Below are positions 1 to 9,787 of a stretch of DNA of 64,000 nt, piece by piece. How positions within the stretch are numbered: position 1 is the stretch's first letter; each line of letters begins with the position of its first letter. The notes under the pieces were generated by a model. The model made no database searches. It was not told where the DNA came from and saw only the letters and a program-made list of their open reading frames with translations. Made by a program: the position numbers and the translations under genes. The DNA lies in assembly GCA_034520945.1 (NCBI GenBank), contig JAXHNB010000006.1, forward strand, positions 800,001 through 864,000, in the 5' to 3' direction. Source of the stretch: Trueperaceae bacterium (GTDB lineage: Bacteria; Deinococcota; Deinococci; Deinococcales; Trueperaceae).

Positions 1-921
1 GGCGCCCTCGACGATCGCGTCCTTGTCGATCGCGTGCGTGATGGCCTGCCGCACGCGCAGATCCGAGAGGGGTTCGCGCGCGTTGTTGAGCGCCATGGTG
101 ATCTCGGTCGTGCCCGTCCCTTCCGTGCCTTTCAGGTCGGGATGGGCGTCGAGTTGCGTGTACTGCTCGGGATTCAGGGCCGTGCCGATCATGTCCACGT
201 CGCCCGCCTGCAGGGCCGCGAAGCGCGTGTTGGGGTCCCCGATGATGCGGAAGGTGACCGCGTCGAGGTACGGCACGCCGTCCAGGTAGTAGTCATCGAA
301 CGCCTCGAGGCGAACGGCCGATCCTTCGCGATACGACACGAACTCGAACGGGCCGGTGCCGACCGGCTGGCTCCGCTGCGTGTCGCTGCTGCCCGCAGGG
401 TAGATGATCGAGTCCGGCCGGGCGAGGTCGTACAGGAAGCTGTTGCTGGGCTGTTCGAGGTGGAAGGTGACCGTGTTCGCGCCTTCGTCGGTGGTGATGT
501 TCTGGATCGTCTGGTAGTACTCGGGATGCGTGTGGCCCGAGTCCGGATCCCACGCCCGCTCGAACTTGGCGACCACGTCGTCCAGCGTGAGCGGCGTCCC
601 GTCGTGGAACTGAACGCCTTCGCGCACCACGAACGTCACTTTGGTGCCGTCCTCGCTGGTGCTCCAGTCTTCCGCCAGCGCCGGCACGATGTCGCCGTTC
701 CGGTCGAAGCGGACGAGACCCTCGAACACGTTGTGGTACACGACGCGGGGAATCTCCTGCGACGTGGACGCGGTCGGGTCCCAGCCGGGCGGGTCGGCGG
801 TGAGGGCGACGACCACTTCGCCACCGTAGGTTGGTTCGGGCGCATCCTGGGCGGTGGCTGCGGTCGCGAGCGCCAGGGCCAGGGCGAACAGCAGGACGAA
901 GAGACGGGACTGTCGGATCAT
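1..921 (-). CDS. ABC transporter substrate-binding protein, family 5 (peptide/nickel type); 3' end runs off the window
   Basis: Not in the ORF track; hand translation from ATG 921: MIRQSRLFVLLFALALALATAATAQD (signal peptide)...DPPGWDP...VYHNVFEGLVRFDRNGDIVPALAEDW...REGVQFHDGTPLTLDDVV, typical of SBP_bac_5. ATGA overlap with the M20 stop; GGAGG upstream. Confidence 0.9.
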   Translation of the reverse strand, partial: MIRQSRLFVLLFALALALATAATAQDAPEPTYGGEVVVALTADPPGWDPTASTSQEIPRVVYHNVFEGLVRFDRNGDIVPALAEDWSTSEDGTKVTFVVREGVQFHDGTPLTLDDVVAKFERAWDPDSGHTHPEYYQTIQNITTDEGANTVTFHLEQPSNSFLYDLARPDSIIYPAGSSDTQRSQPVGTGPFEFVSYREGSAVRLEAFDDYYLDGVPYLDAVTFRIIGDPNTRFAALQAGDVDMIGTALNPEQYTQLDAHPDLKGTEGTGTTEITMALNNAREPLSDLRVRQAITHAIDKDAIVEGA

Positions 922-2216
922 GAGGACCTCCCAAGGTCGTGTTCGGACGCGGCCGACGGCCGCTTAGGCGAAGCGTCGGTAGCGCCAAGGTACAAGACGG
1001 CGGCTGCGGCGTAAAGGCGGGCGGCCGTCACCAGTTCGTCCGTGCGGACGAACTCGTCGCGCTGGTGGGGGATGGTGCGGTCGCCGGGGCCCACGGTGAC
1101 GATCGGGACGTCGGCGGTGGCGCGCAAAAAGGTGCCGTCGGTCGCGCCGGGCACCCCGCCGTAGCGAGCGTCGCCCCCGACGGTCCAGGGGTAGGCGCGC
1201 GCCATGGCATGAACGAGGGGATCGTCGCTGGGCGTTTCGGTCCAGGGGCGTGACTCGAAGCGTTCGACCTCGATGGACAGGCGGTCGTCCCGCGCCGCTT
1301 CGGCTGCGGCGCACGTCTCGATGAGGTGCAGCAGCACATCGTGATCCTGGCCCGGCACGGTGCGAACATCGACGGCCAGGTAGGCCTCGCCCGGCATCAC
1401 GTTCAACTGCGCTTCGCCGTCGGCGGGGGCGCGCGTCACGGTCGGCGTGATCCATGGGAGGCCGAGGTGCGGGTGTTCGCCCAGGCGCGCCTGCTCTTCC
1501 GCCTCCAGCGCCTCGAGGGCGAGCACCAGCCTGGACAGGGCGCGCACGGGGTTCGCGCCGGCGTACGGCATCGCGCCGTGCGACATGACGCCGTGCACCC
1601 GTACATGCAGGCGCATGGCGCCCTTCTGGAACAGGCACAGCTCGTTCTCTTCGGGTTCGCACACGATGGCGCCGTCGACGTCGTCGGCCCAGCCGCCCGC
1701 GATGAACGACTTGATGCCGATCATCATCCCCTCCTCGTCGACGACGAAGCCCAGGCGTACCCGGCCCGCGAGATCCGGCGCGGTGCGCCTCACGGCGTCC
1801 AGTGCGGCGATGGCGCACGCCACACCGGCCTTCATGTCGGCACTGCCACGGCCGTGAAGGGCGCCGCCTTGCACCAGGCCCTCGAACGGTGGGATCGCCC
1901 ACCGTGTGGGATCGCCTTCCGTCACCACGTCGGTGTGGCCCTCGAACATCAGCGTGCGGTCCCGTTCGGGGTCGAACGACGATCCACGCCAGTCGCAGAT
2001 CACGTTCGGCCGGCCGGGCGCGACCTCCTCGATCACGGGGTCCAGCCCCATGTCGCGGAGCTCGTCGATCAGAAACGCGGCGGCCTCGGCCTCGGTGGTG
2101 CCAGTTGAGGGGTCGACGACGCTGCGGATGCGGACCAGGCGTCGCGCCAGCTCCACGGCACGCTCGGCGTCGACGGCCTGGGCGGCACGACGGGCTGCGG
2201 TGTCCAGGTCGTTCAC
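918..2216 (-). CDS. M20 family metallopeptidase (ArgE/DapE-like deacylase)
   Basis: Motifs GHTDVV, GRGSADMKAG, VDEE, CEP, H near the C-terminus. Start placed at GTG 2216 (GAGGA upstream) rather than 2330. Confidence 0.88.
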   Translation of the reverse strand: MNDLDTAARRAAQAVDAERAVELARRLVRIRSVVDPSTGTTEAEAAAFLIDELRDMGLDPVIEEVAPGRPNVICDWRGSSFDPERDRTLMFEGHTDVVTEGDPTRWAIPPFEGLVQGGALHGRGSADMKAGVACAIAALDAVRRTAPDLAGRVRLGFVVDEEGMMIGIKSFIAGGWADDVDGAIVCEPEENELCLFQKGAMRLHVRVHGVMSHGAMPYAGANPVRALSRLVLALEALEAEEQARLGEHPHLGLPWITPTVTRAPADGEAQLNVMPGEAYLAVDVRTVPGQDHDVLLHLIETCAAAEAARDDRLSIEVERFESRPWTETPSDDPLVHAMARAYPWTVGGDARYGGVPGATDGTFLRATADVPIVTVGPGDRTIPHQRDEFVRTDELVTAARLYAAAAVLYLGATDASPKRPSAASEHDLGRSS

Positions 2217-2283
2217 GAGGTCCTCGTTGCTGGACGGCGTCGCGTGGTGCCGTGGGTGGCGAGGGTGTAAGCGGGCGTCGACG

Positions 2284-3120
2284 TCACGGCAGCGGGGGCG
2301 TGAAGCGACCGTCCACGGCGAGCCAGCCACCGTCGACGACGAGCAGCGAACCGGTGACGAAGGTCGATGCGTCGCTGCACAGGTAGACGACGGCGCCGAC
2401 CAGTTCGCGGGGCTGCGACCAGCGTTGCAGCGCGCTCTTCTCTGCGTAGGCGCGGTACCAGTCCGGCTGCTCCTTGATGGGGGCGGTGAGGGGTGTCTCG
2501 ACCACGCCCGGCGCGATGGCGTTGACGCGGATGTTGTTGGGGCCCAACTCCGCCGCCAGTGCGCGGGCCATCTGCAGCGTCCCGGCCTTGGTGGCGGCGT
2601 ACACGCCCTGTCCGGGCTCCACCACCTGGCTGCGGATGCTGCTGAACGTCACGATGCTGCCGCTGCCGCGCGCGTTCATGCGGCGGGCCACGGCGGTCAT
2701 GATGGTGAAGTTGCCCTTCAGGTTCAGCGAGACGACCTTGTCGAACTCCTCGGGCGTGAGGTCCAGGAGGGGCTTTCGTACGTTCACGGCCGGCGTGGTC
2801 ACCAGGGCGTCGATGACCTCCAGGCGGTCCAGGACGCGTTCGACGCTGCTCGCGTCGGTGAGGTCGATGCCGTAGGCATCGGCCGTACCGCCGGTCTCCC
2901 GAATCCGTGCGGCGGTGGCTTCGGCCGCGTCCACGTTCAGGTCGGCGCACGCCACCTTGGCACCGAACGCGGCCACGCCCTCGGCCGAGGCCTCGCCGAT
3001 GCCGCTGCCGGCGCCGACGACCAGGACCGTTCGTCCGTGCAGGTCGAACATCGTGCCGTAGTCCGCGGGACCGACGCGCCCCGGGCCCGCCCCATGGTTG
3101 GTTGCATCGTCAGGTTGCAT
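2284..3120 (-). CDS. Short-chain dehydrogenase/reductase (FabG-like)
   Basis: GAGSGIG, YAATK, RVNAIAPG, VDGG. ATG 3120 lies 7 nt after TATCCT (leaderless). Confidence 0.9.
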   Translation of the reverse strand: MQPDDATNHGAGPGRVGPADYGTMFDLHGRTVLVVGAGSGIGEASAEGVAAFGAKVACADLNVDAAEATAARIRETGGTADAYGIDLTDASSVERVLDRLEVIDALVTTPAVNVRKPLLDLTPEEFDKVVSLNLKGNFTIMTAVARRMNARGSGSIVTFSSIRSQVVEPGQGVYAATKAGTLQMARALAAELGPNNIRVNAIAPGVVETPLTAPIKEQPDWYRAYAEKSALQRWSQPRELVGAVVYLCSDASTFVTGSLLVVDGGWLAVDGRFTPPLP

Positions 3121-3188
3121 GCCGGCAAGGATACCCCCTGCGCGCGCAGGCGACGCTGCGGTGCGCGGAACGGCGCCGACGGGGCGGG

Positions 3189-3620
3189 TCACTCATCGGG
3201 GCCCGGGCGGATCAACAGGCCGCTGGTGGACACTCGGACGTGGACGATGGCAGGGGCGTCGGCGGCGACGTAGCTGGCCGAGCCGTAGCTGGCGTCCACC
3301 AGCGGCGAAAGCCATGGACGATCACGGATCCACGCGAACAGATCGCGGGACGGGCCGATCGGGTCTCAAGGCGGCCACCGTGCGCGGGGCGGTCCGTTCG
3401 TCGTCCAACGTGCGGTAGCGGCCGCCGATCCGCTCCAGGCGGTAGGCGGTGTGCAGCCCCACCAGGTTGGCGGCGGGGTGCCACCTTACGATCTGCGCGT
3501 CCAACCAGACCTGGTCGCCCGCCAACGCGAAGGTGCGGGCGGCGCGGCCGACACGGCGGCGGCCACCAACGCCACGCTGAGCGCGGCCAGCAGCACCGGC
3601 AGCAGCCACGCCGGCACCAC
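3189..3620 (-). pseudogene. Frameshifted, probably internally deleted gene for a conserved membrane-anchored hypothetical protein
   Basis: Three consecutive frames give VVPAWLLPVLLAALSVALVAAAV / RTFALAGDQVWLDAQIVRWHPAANLVGLHTAYRLERIGGRY / DLFAWIRDRPWLSPLVDASYGSASYVAAD...VSTSGLLIRP-stop, with breaks near 3545 and 3350. Confidence 0.65.
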
Positions 3621-3621
3621 G

Positions 3622-4560
3622 TCAGAAGCTCGGCTCGCCCTGCGGGGGCCAACTGCCGCCCAGTGCCAGCCAGGCGGCCACCATTTCGGGCGGGACGGGC
3701 GCTTCGAAGCTGATGGCCCGATCGTCACGCGGGTGCGGCAGCGTGAGGCGGAAGGCGTGCAGCGCCTGCCTGCCGATGTGGGCGCTGGGACGGCCGTACA
3801 GGACGTCGCCGAGGATCGGCACGCCCAGGTGCTTCATGTGGACGCGGATCTGGTGCGTGCGGCCCGAACGCGGCGTGGCCTTCACCAGGACGTGCCCCGG
3901 GGCGCGCGCCAGCACCCGGAACGACGTCTTGGCGGCCTTCTCGGCGCTGCCGCCGACGCTCATGCGTTGGCGTTGGACGGGATGCCGGCCGATGGGCGCG
4001 TCCAACTCGACCTGGTCGTCCAGGGAGCCGACCCCGATGGCGACGTACTCCTTGACGGTGAGGCGCTTCTTGAACGCGGCGGCCAGCTTGCGGTGCGCCT
4101 CGTCGTGCTTGGCCACCACCATCACGCCGGAGGTGTCCTTGTCCAGACGGTGCACGATGCCCGGGCGGTAATCATCGCGGTGGGGGTCGTAGATCGTCTC
4201 CTTCGACAACGCCATGCGGCCCAGGAGGGCGTTCACGACCGTGCCGGTCCGAACGGTCGCGGTGGGGTGCGCGACCAGATCCGGCGGTTTGTCGATGGCG
4301 GCCAGATCCTCGTCCTCGAAGATGATCGCGACGGGAAGGTCCTCGGCCTCGACCAGCATCGGCCGGGGCGGGGGGAGGATCAACGAGACGATCTCGCCGC
4401 CCCGCAGTTTGGTGGCCGGCTTGCCGATGGGTCGCCCGTCCAGCGTGACCATGCCGTCGTCCACCAGGTCCTTCGCCACGGTTCGCGACAGGGTCAGGGC
4501 CTGGGAGATGGCGACGTCGAGGCGCTCGCCGGCCGGGGCTTCGAAGCTGCGCACGTCCAC
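3622..4560 (-). CDS. RluA/RluD family 23S rRNA pseudouridine synthase with S4 domain
   Basis: DKP..L.AHP, GIVHRLDKDTSG, SGRTHQIRVH, RQALHA. GTG 4560 lies 7 nt after TAGACT. Confidence 0.93.
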   Translation of the reverse strand: MDVRSFEAPAGERLDVAISQALTLSRTVAKDLVDDGMVTLDGRPIGKPATKLRGGEIVSLILPPPRPMLVEAEDLPVAIIFEDEDLAAIDKPPDLVAHPTATVRTGTVVNALLGRMALSKETIYDPHRDDYRPGIVHRLDKDTSGVMVVAKHDEAHRKLAAAFKKRLTVKEYVAIGVGSLDDQVELDAPIGRHPVQRQRMSVGGSAEKAAKTSFRVLARAPGHVLVKATPRSGRTHQIRVHMKHLGVPILGDVLYGRPSAHIGRQALHAFRLTLPHPRDDRAISFEAPVPPEMVAAWLALGGSWPPQGEPSF

Positions 4561-4616
4561 GCGCACGAGTCTACTGGACCGAGCGGACGCGCGACGTGCC
4601 GATATACTCGGCGACC

Positions 4617-5624
4617 ATGGACTTGCCCGTCGCTCTGGACGCCATGGGTGGAGATCGCGCCCCCGACGCGATGGTGGAGGGGGCGGTCCGGGCCTACCGG
4701 GCCGGCGTCCCCGTCATGCTCGTCGGCGACGAGGAACGGCTGCACATGGCCCTGCGGACGTACGAGGTCGAGCTTCCCGTCGTCCACGCGCCGGACGTGA
4801 TCGGCATGGACGAGCGCGCGGTCGAGGTGCGCCGACGCAAGCGTGCCAGCATCGCCGTCGCGGCCGACGAGGTCGCCTCGGGACGCGCCTCCGCCCTGGT
4901 CTCGATGGGTCATTCGGGTGCGACCATGGCGGCGGCGCTGTTCCGGCTCGGCCGCCTGAAGGGCGTCGAGCGCCCGGCCATCGTGGCGCACGTGCCGGCC
5001 CGCACGGGGTTCGTCACGCTGCTGGACGTGGGCGCCAACGCCGATTGCCGGCCCGCCATGCTGCAGCAGTTCGCGGTGATGGGCAGCGTGTACGCGCGGG
5101 TCGTGTTCGGACACGCCGACCCCGCGGTCGGCCTGATGTCGATCGGGGAGGAAGCCAGCAAGGGCAATGAACTGGTGCGCGCCACCCACCCGTTGCTGGC
5201 GTCGACACCCGGCATCCGGTTTCACGGCAACGTCGAGGGGAACGACCTGTTCAGCGGCGCGGTACCGGTGATCGTCACCGACGGGTTCACCGGCAACGTG
5301 ATGCTGAAGCTCGCCGAGGGAGAGGCGAAAATGCTGTTCGCCTCCATGCGTGACGAGTTGCGGGCTTCGCTCCGGGGTCGCCTGGGCGGTTGGCTGGCGC
5401 GGCCCGCGCTTCGCGCGGTCGCCGACAAGGTCGATCCGGCCAGCTACGGGGCGCAGCCGCTGTTGGGCGTCGGGGCGCCGGCGTTCATCGGCCACGGCAG
5501 CAGCGGGGCGCGGGCCGTGCACAGCGCGTTGCGGTTCGCGCACGACACCGCGACACGCTCGCTGGTGCGGCGCATGGCCGCCGAACTCGAAGGCCAACGG
5601 AGCGACGACGACGGCGACGATTGA
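4617..5624 (+). CDS. plsX: Phosphate acyltransferase PlsX
   Basis: ALDAMGGDRAP, LLDVGANAD, IGEEASKGNE, GNVEG, VTDGFTGNVMLK. ATG 8 nt after TATACT (4603-4608). Confidence 0.95.
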   Translation: MDLPVALDAMGGDRAPDAMVEGAVRAYRAGVPVMLVGDEERLHMALRTYEVELPVVHAPDVIGMDERAVEVRRRKRASIAVAADEVASGRASALVSMGHSGATMAAALFRLGRLKGVERPAIVAHVPARTGFVTLLDVGANADCRPAMLQQFAVMGSVYARVVFGHADPAVGLMSIGEEASKGNELVRATHPLLASTPGIRFHGNVEGNDLFSGAVPVIVTDGFTGNVMLKLAEGEAKMLFASMRDELRASLRGRLGGWLARPALRAVADKVDPASYGAQPLLGVGAPAFIGHGSSGARAVHSALRFAHDTATRSLVRRMAAELEGQRSDDDGDD

Positions 5625-5666
5625 CGGTCGTTCAGCGCCCGGCCTCCGGGCAGCGCGGGCCCGCCT

Positions 5667-6863
5667 TCAAGGCGTGGCGCGCCGGCCGAAGATCCACGTC
5701 ACCGCCTGCGGCGCGTCCAATTCCGGCACCGAGAAGCGCCGTTCGTTCAGGCCGTCGTCCTCCGGCGTGACGCCGAGAAGATCCAGCACCGAGATCGCGC
5801 CGGGCGCGACCAGGAAGGCGAACACGTTGGGGTCGAGGGTGGCTGCCGCCGGGGCGCTCACCGCCAGCGACTCGCGGACGAAGGCGTCCGCGTCGGCCGC
5901 TACGTTGGGGTGCAGCACCGCCTCGGCGTCGCTGATGGCGAGGATCGCGGCCGTGGGGACGGGGCGCGTGTCGATCACGTCGGTGAGGTCGTCCGCCGAG
6001 TCGGCCACCGTCGGGTCGTCTTCGCTGCCGGGATCGAAGCTGGCCACGGTCGTGGCCGAGGCGACGACCAGGCCCAGGCCGCCCCGGGCCATGCCGACAG
6101 GGTCCGTCACGTTCGGCAGGGAGAGCTCCCGTGCGTCCCCCCCGTTCTCGGGGAGCGGCTCGAAGCGGGCGCGCGCGTTGGTGTCGCCGGGATCGAGGTA
6201 CCAGATCCCCGCGTCGTCCGCTGCGAACACCGGCGCCACCGGGGCGACGGGGGCGGAGGCGGACGTGGCGAAGGCCACCTCCTGGGCGGGCACGTCGATC
6301 AGCACGATGCGGGGAAATCCATCCAGGTCGCAGGCGGAGGGGTCGTGCAGCAAGGCGAGCCACGATCCGTCCGCGCTGACGTCCAGCGCGCGGCTGCACA
6401 GCGGCTCCCCGAACGACCCGTCGGCCTGCACCACGCCGGACAGGTCGGTGGCGCCGCCGAGAGGCGACAGGGTGCTGGGATCGTCCGGATCGACGTCGGA
6501 CGCGTCGAACGTTCGCACCACGTCGTCGCCATCGGTCGTCCGCACCAGCGCGAACAGGCGAACCGCCGAGGCGGCGGGCCCGGTCGTGCGGGCGGCCGCC
6601 AGGTCGCGCACGCCCTCAGGACCGGCCGACGCGAAGGTATGGGCGTTGCCGAGCCACTGAAGGGTACGGTCGCTGCCACGCTCGCCCAGGCCGAACGAGT
6701 CCTGCACCAACGCCAGCGAGGCGCCATCCGCCACGACCAGCAGCACGGGATCGCCCTCCTCCGAGGTGCCGGTGCAGGCCGAGGCCAGCGCCGCCAGGGC
6801 GAGGACGGCCCACGCCGCCCTCGACGCGGACGTCCAGCGGCGCGGGAGCGCGAAGCCGTTCAT
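5667..6863 (-). CDS. Uncharacterised lipoprotein (acidic, beta-rich, possibly propeller-like)
   Basis: Hydrophobic signal ending in lipobox LASA-C; 4-nt overlap with the lptD-like stop. Confidence 0.7.
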   Translation of the reverse strand: MNGFALPRRWTSASRAAWAVLALAALASACTGTSEEGDPVLLVVADGASLALVQDSFGLGERGSDRTLQWLGNAHTFASAGPEGVRDLAAARTTGPAASAVRLFALVRTTDGDDVVRTFDASDVDPDDPSTLSPLGGATDLSGVVQADGSFGEPLCSRALDVSADGSWLALLHDPSACDLDGFPRIVLIDVPAQEVAFATSASAPVAPVAPVFAADDAGIWYLDPGDTNARARFEPLPENGGDARELSLPNVTDPVGMARGGLGLVVASATTVASFDPGSEDDPTVADSADDLTDVIDTRPVPTAAILAISDAEAVLHPNVAADADAFVRESLAVSAPAAATLDPNVFAFLVAPGAISVLDLLGVTPEDDGLNERRFSVPELDAPQAVTWIFGRRATP

Positions 6864-9787
6864 GGCCCCTCACCGAACGGGGCGGGCACGACCGGACCGT
6901 CCTCCCAGGCGAGTTGTGGCCCCTCCGCTTGGCCGGGTGCGCCCAGCGTCAGGATCACCTCGCCGCTTCGGGTGTTCCAGCTGCCGTACAGTGCCCAACA
7001 ACAGCGGTCCCACGTCGCGAACAGGGTCGGGCGGGGATCGATGGCGTCGTTTCCGGGCGCATCGGCCACCAGTTCCCAGGTGTCGTCCAGGGTGGCACCC
7101 ACGACCAACTCGTTCGTCGCTCGTACCACCAGCGAGGCCTCCTCGAACGAGAGGCGGCCGCTGACCAGCTCGGCATCGGTTCCGGACACGCGGCCACGAT
7201 ACCCGAAGGTGCCCTGCAGCCCGACCCTCCGACCCAGATCCAGGCCCAGCTCGAGGTTGGCCCGCCGCAGGTAGCTGACGTCCAGTGCGGCGTCCGCGAC
7301 GGCGACGTCGACGAAGCCGTCCAGCGCCAGGCGCACGGCGCCGTCCGCCAGCCGCCTCTCGGCCAACCGTGCGCGCGCCTCGAAGGTGGTGTCGCGCGAG
7401 ACGAGGCCGCCGTCCTCGCCCGGGCTGCGGCGCAGCCGCAGTTCGGCGCGGAAGCCGAGATCCTCCGACTCGGTGGCGTCGACCACCCGGAACGCCACGT
7501 CGCGGGCCGCGCCTGGGTCCGCGGCCAGCCCCAGCGTCGCGCCGGGCAGAAGTTCGACCCCTTCCACCTCGAGCGCCGCCACGCCGGGCCAGGCCAGCCG
7601 TGCGAGGTGATCGCCCGGGGGCCCTCCCGCGCGGCCGAACTGCTGGTCGAGCTCTGCGCGGAGCGGCCCCAGGTCGGTGGTGAACCGGTACCCCGCCGAG
7701 CGGGTCTCGCCGCTGTCGAGGTCCAGCGACCAGGTGGCCTCCAGTCCCGGCAGGCCGTCCCCCTCCTGAAGCGTTCCTGCGGTGAGGGACAGGTCCAGCG
7801 GCTCGAACGGTCCCGCGTCGTCCTCGTCCGGGTTCCAGACGTAGCCGGACGACGCCTGCAACACCAGCCGGTCCCGCAGCCCCATGGCCAGCGAGCCGTC
7901 CACACGGCTCTGGTCCCCGCCCGCGTCCTCCGGCACGTCGGCGTCCAGGTCGGCCAGGCCGGAAACATTGGCGCTGAGCTGCCAGCGGTCGCTGGGAAGG
8001 CGTGCGCCGAGCTCGGCCTCGAGGGTGCCGGCGTCGGGCACGCGCGGATCGCCCTCATAGGCCAGGCGTGCGTCGAGCGGTCGGAGGTTCGTGAACGCGG
8101 TGAGCGTCGCCTCGACCGGCCCGAAGCCGAGCGCGTCGGGCCGGCGGTCGTCCTCCACGACGTACCCGCCGCGCGCGTCCAGGCGAAGCCCGTCGAAGGG
8201 CGTCAGGTCCAAGCGCGCCTCGAGCTCCGTCCTCGTCCGCAACGAGATCCGGTCGAACGAGAACGGCGTTTCGCCCTCGTTGGCGTCGCGACGCGCGGTG
8301 AACGTGACACGGCCGGCGTCCCCGAAGCGCCGCACCGCCTCTAGGCGCGTGTCCCAGTCGATCAGCCGCTCCCCCGTATCGTAGTAGTGGCCGACGAAGT
8401 TCGACCGTCCCGACACCTCGACACCGGCCACGGAGGTGGCGGTCAGTTCCACGTCGTGCGCCTCGCGTACGCGGCCGGCGGTCACCAACGCCGCGGAGGC
8501 GGCGCTCCGGTTGGTGGGGTCGGGTTGGTCCTCGAACACCCCGACGTCGAGCTCCAGCCCGCGGACGCGCAGCGATCCCGCCCGCAGCCATTCGAGGTCG
8601 AGCGGCCGGAAGCGCGCCCGCAGGAAGGTACTTCGCGGTGTGCTCCGACCGTCCCAACTGGGCCGCGTGGCGGCGTCTTCGCGCAGCGGGAACGACACGC
8701 GGCTCTCCAGCTCCGTGCGGACGCCTGCCCCTTCCGCGCCGAGCTCGAGTTCACCTTCCACCAGGCGGTCGCGGGCGGCGTCGTCGCGGGCCAGGCGCAG
8801 GTCGATCTCGGGCGTGCCGGCTTGCGGGTCCGTCTGGTAGCGCGCTTCGAACCGAATGCGTTCCTCCTGTGCCTCTCGGTTCTCCCGTTCCACCAGCGGT
8901 GGGTCGAACGAGGCCTGCAGCCGGCCCGCCCCCCGTTCGTCGTAGAAGCGGTGGTCGATGCTGGCCGCGAGGTACGCCCTTTGCACCGCGCCCCCCAGCA
9001 GCCCGCCGTCCAGGGCGCCGCCCGCGCTGGGGTCGACGTCCGCCAGCACGCGGTAGGTGACGGTGCCGAACGCGTTGGGGCCCGCGACGTAGGGCCAGTC
9101 CACCCGAAGTTCGGCCTGCGAGCTCGCGTCGCCGGACTTCAGGGACACGCGGGGTGTCCGTGCCGGTTCGGCCAGGGGCAGCACCAGCAGCGGCAGGTCG
9201 AACACCGGCGAAGCGCGGATCAGGAAGGTGGCGTTCCAGGCGATGAGGCGATCCCCGGGGAGGATCTCGATGCGCTCGGCCCGAAAACCGTAGTCCTCGA
9301 CCTCTTGGTCGCAGCGCGCGCACGGGCTGAACGCGCCGGCCAGGACCTGGATGCGTCCCTCGGCCCTGCTGGCGCGCTCCCCGCGGACCTCGATCGCGTC
9401 GGTGATGACGACCATGTCGTCCCCGTCCAAGCGGCCGGTGTCGAGTTCGACCACCAGGTCGCGGCCGCGCAACGTTTCGCCCTCCCGCACCACCTGCCCT
9501 TCCCCGACGATGCGCACCACGCCGGCGTCGGGATCGAACTCGATGCGAGAGGCGGTCACCACCTGGTCCTCGGTCTCGATCTCCACCCGTTCGGCGGTGA
9601 CCACGTACAACTCCTGTTCGGTGCCGCCCGGGAGGACCACGGTGCGGATCTCGAGGCGGGCGTCGGGATCATTGCCGGTTCGGATGGTCACCGTCTCGGC
9701 CCACGCCGCCGCGACGACGGTCAGGAGCAGCGCCAGCAGAAGGCGCGCCACCGCATCCCCGCGGGCGTTCCGGCTCACCTGCGCCAT
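6860..9787 (-). CDS. LptD-like outer-membrane beta-barrel (975 aa) with N-terminal OstA/beta-jellyroll region
   Basis: Signal peptide (AAWA-E), jellyroll-like beta repeats, FSPC..C motif, amphipathic beta strands, C-terminal RCCWAL as in LptD; follows an LptF/G pair. Start at ATG 9787. Confidence 0.75.
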   Translation of the reverse strand: MAQVSRNARGDAVARLLLALLLTVVAAAWAETVTIRTGNDPDARLEIRTVVLPGGTEQELYVVTAERVEIETEDQVVTASRIEFDPDAGVVRIVGEGQVVREGETLRGRDLVVELDTGRLDGDDMVVITDAIEVRGERASRAEGRIQVLAGAFSPCARCDQEVEDYGFRAERIEILPGDRLIAWNATFLIRASPVFDLPLLVLPLAEPARTPRVSLKSGDASSQAELRVDWPYVAGPNAFGTVTYRVLADVDPSAGGALDGGLLGGAVQRAYLAASIDHRFYDERGAGRLQASFDPPLVERENREAQEERIRFEARYQTDPQAGTPEIDLRLARDDAARDRLVEGELELGAEGAGVRTELESRVSFPLREDAATRPSWDGRSTPRSTFLRARFRPLDLEWLRAGSLRVRGLELDVGVFEDQPDPTNRSAASAALVTAGRVREAHDVELTATSVAGVEVSGRSNFVGHYYDTGERLIDWDTRLEAVRRFGDAGRVTFTARRDANEGETPFSFDRISLRTRTELEARLDLTPFDGLRLDARGGYVVEDDRRPDALGFGPVEATLTAFTNLRPLDARLAYEGDPRVPDAGTLEAELGARLPSDRWQLSANVSGLADLDADVPEDAGGDQSRVDGSLAMGLRDRLVLQASSGYVWNPDEDDAGPFEPLDLSLTAGTLQEGDGLPGLEATWSLDLDSGETRSAGYRFTTDLGPLRAELDQQFGRAGGPPGDHLARLAWPGVAALEVEGVELLPGATLGLAADPGAARDVAFRVVDATESEDLGFRAELRLRRSPGEDGGLVSRDTTFEARARLAERRLADGAVRLALDGFVDVAVADAALDVSYLRRANLELGLDLGRRVGLQGTFGYRGRVSGTDAELVSGRLSFEEASLVVRATNELVVGATLDDTWELVADAPGNDAIDPRPTLFATWDRCCWALYGSWNTRSGEVILTLGAPGQAEGPQLAWEDGPVVPAPFGEGP

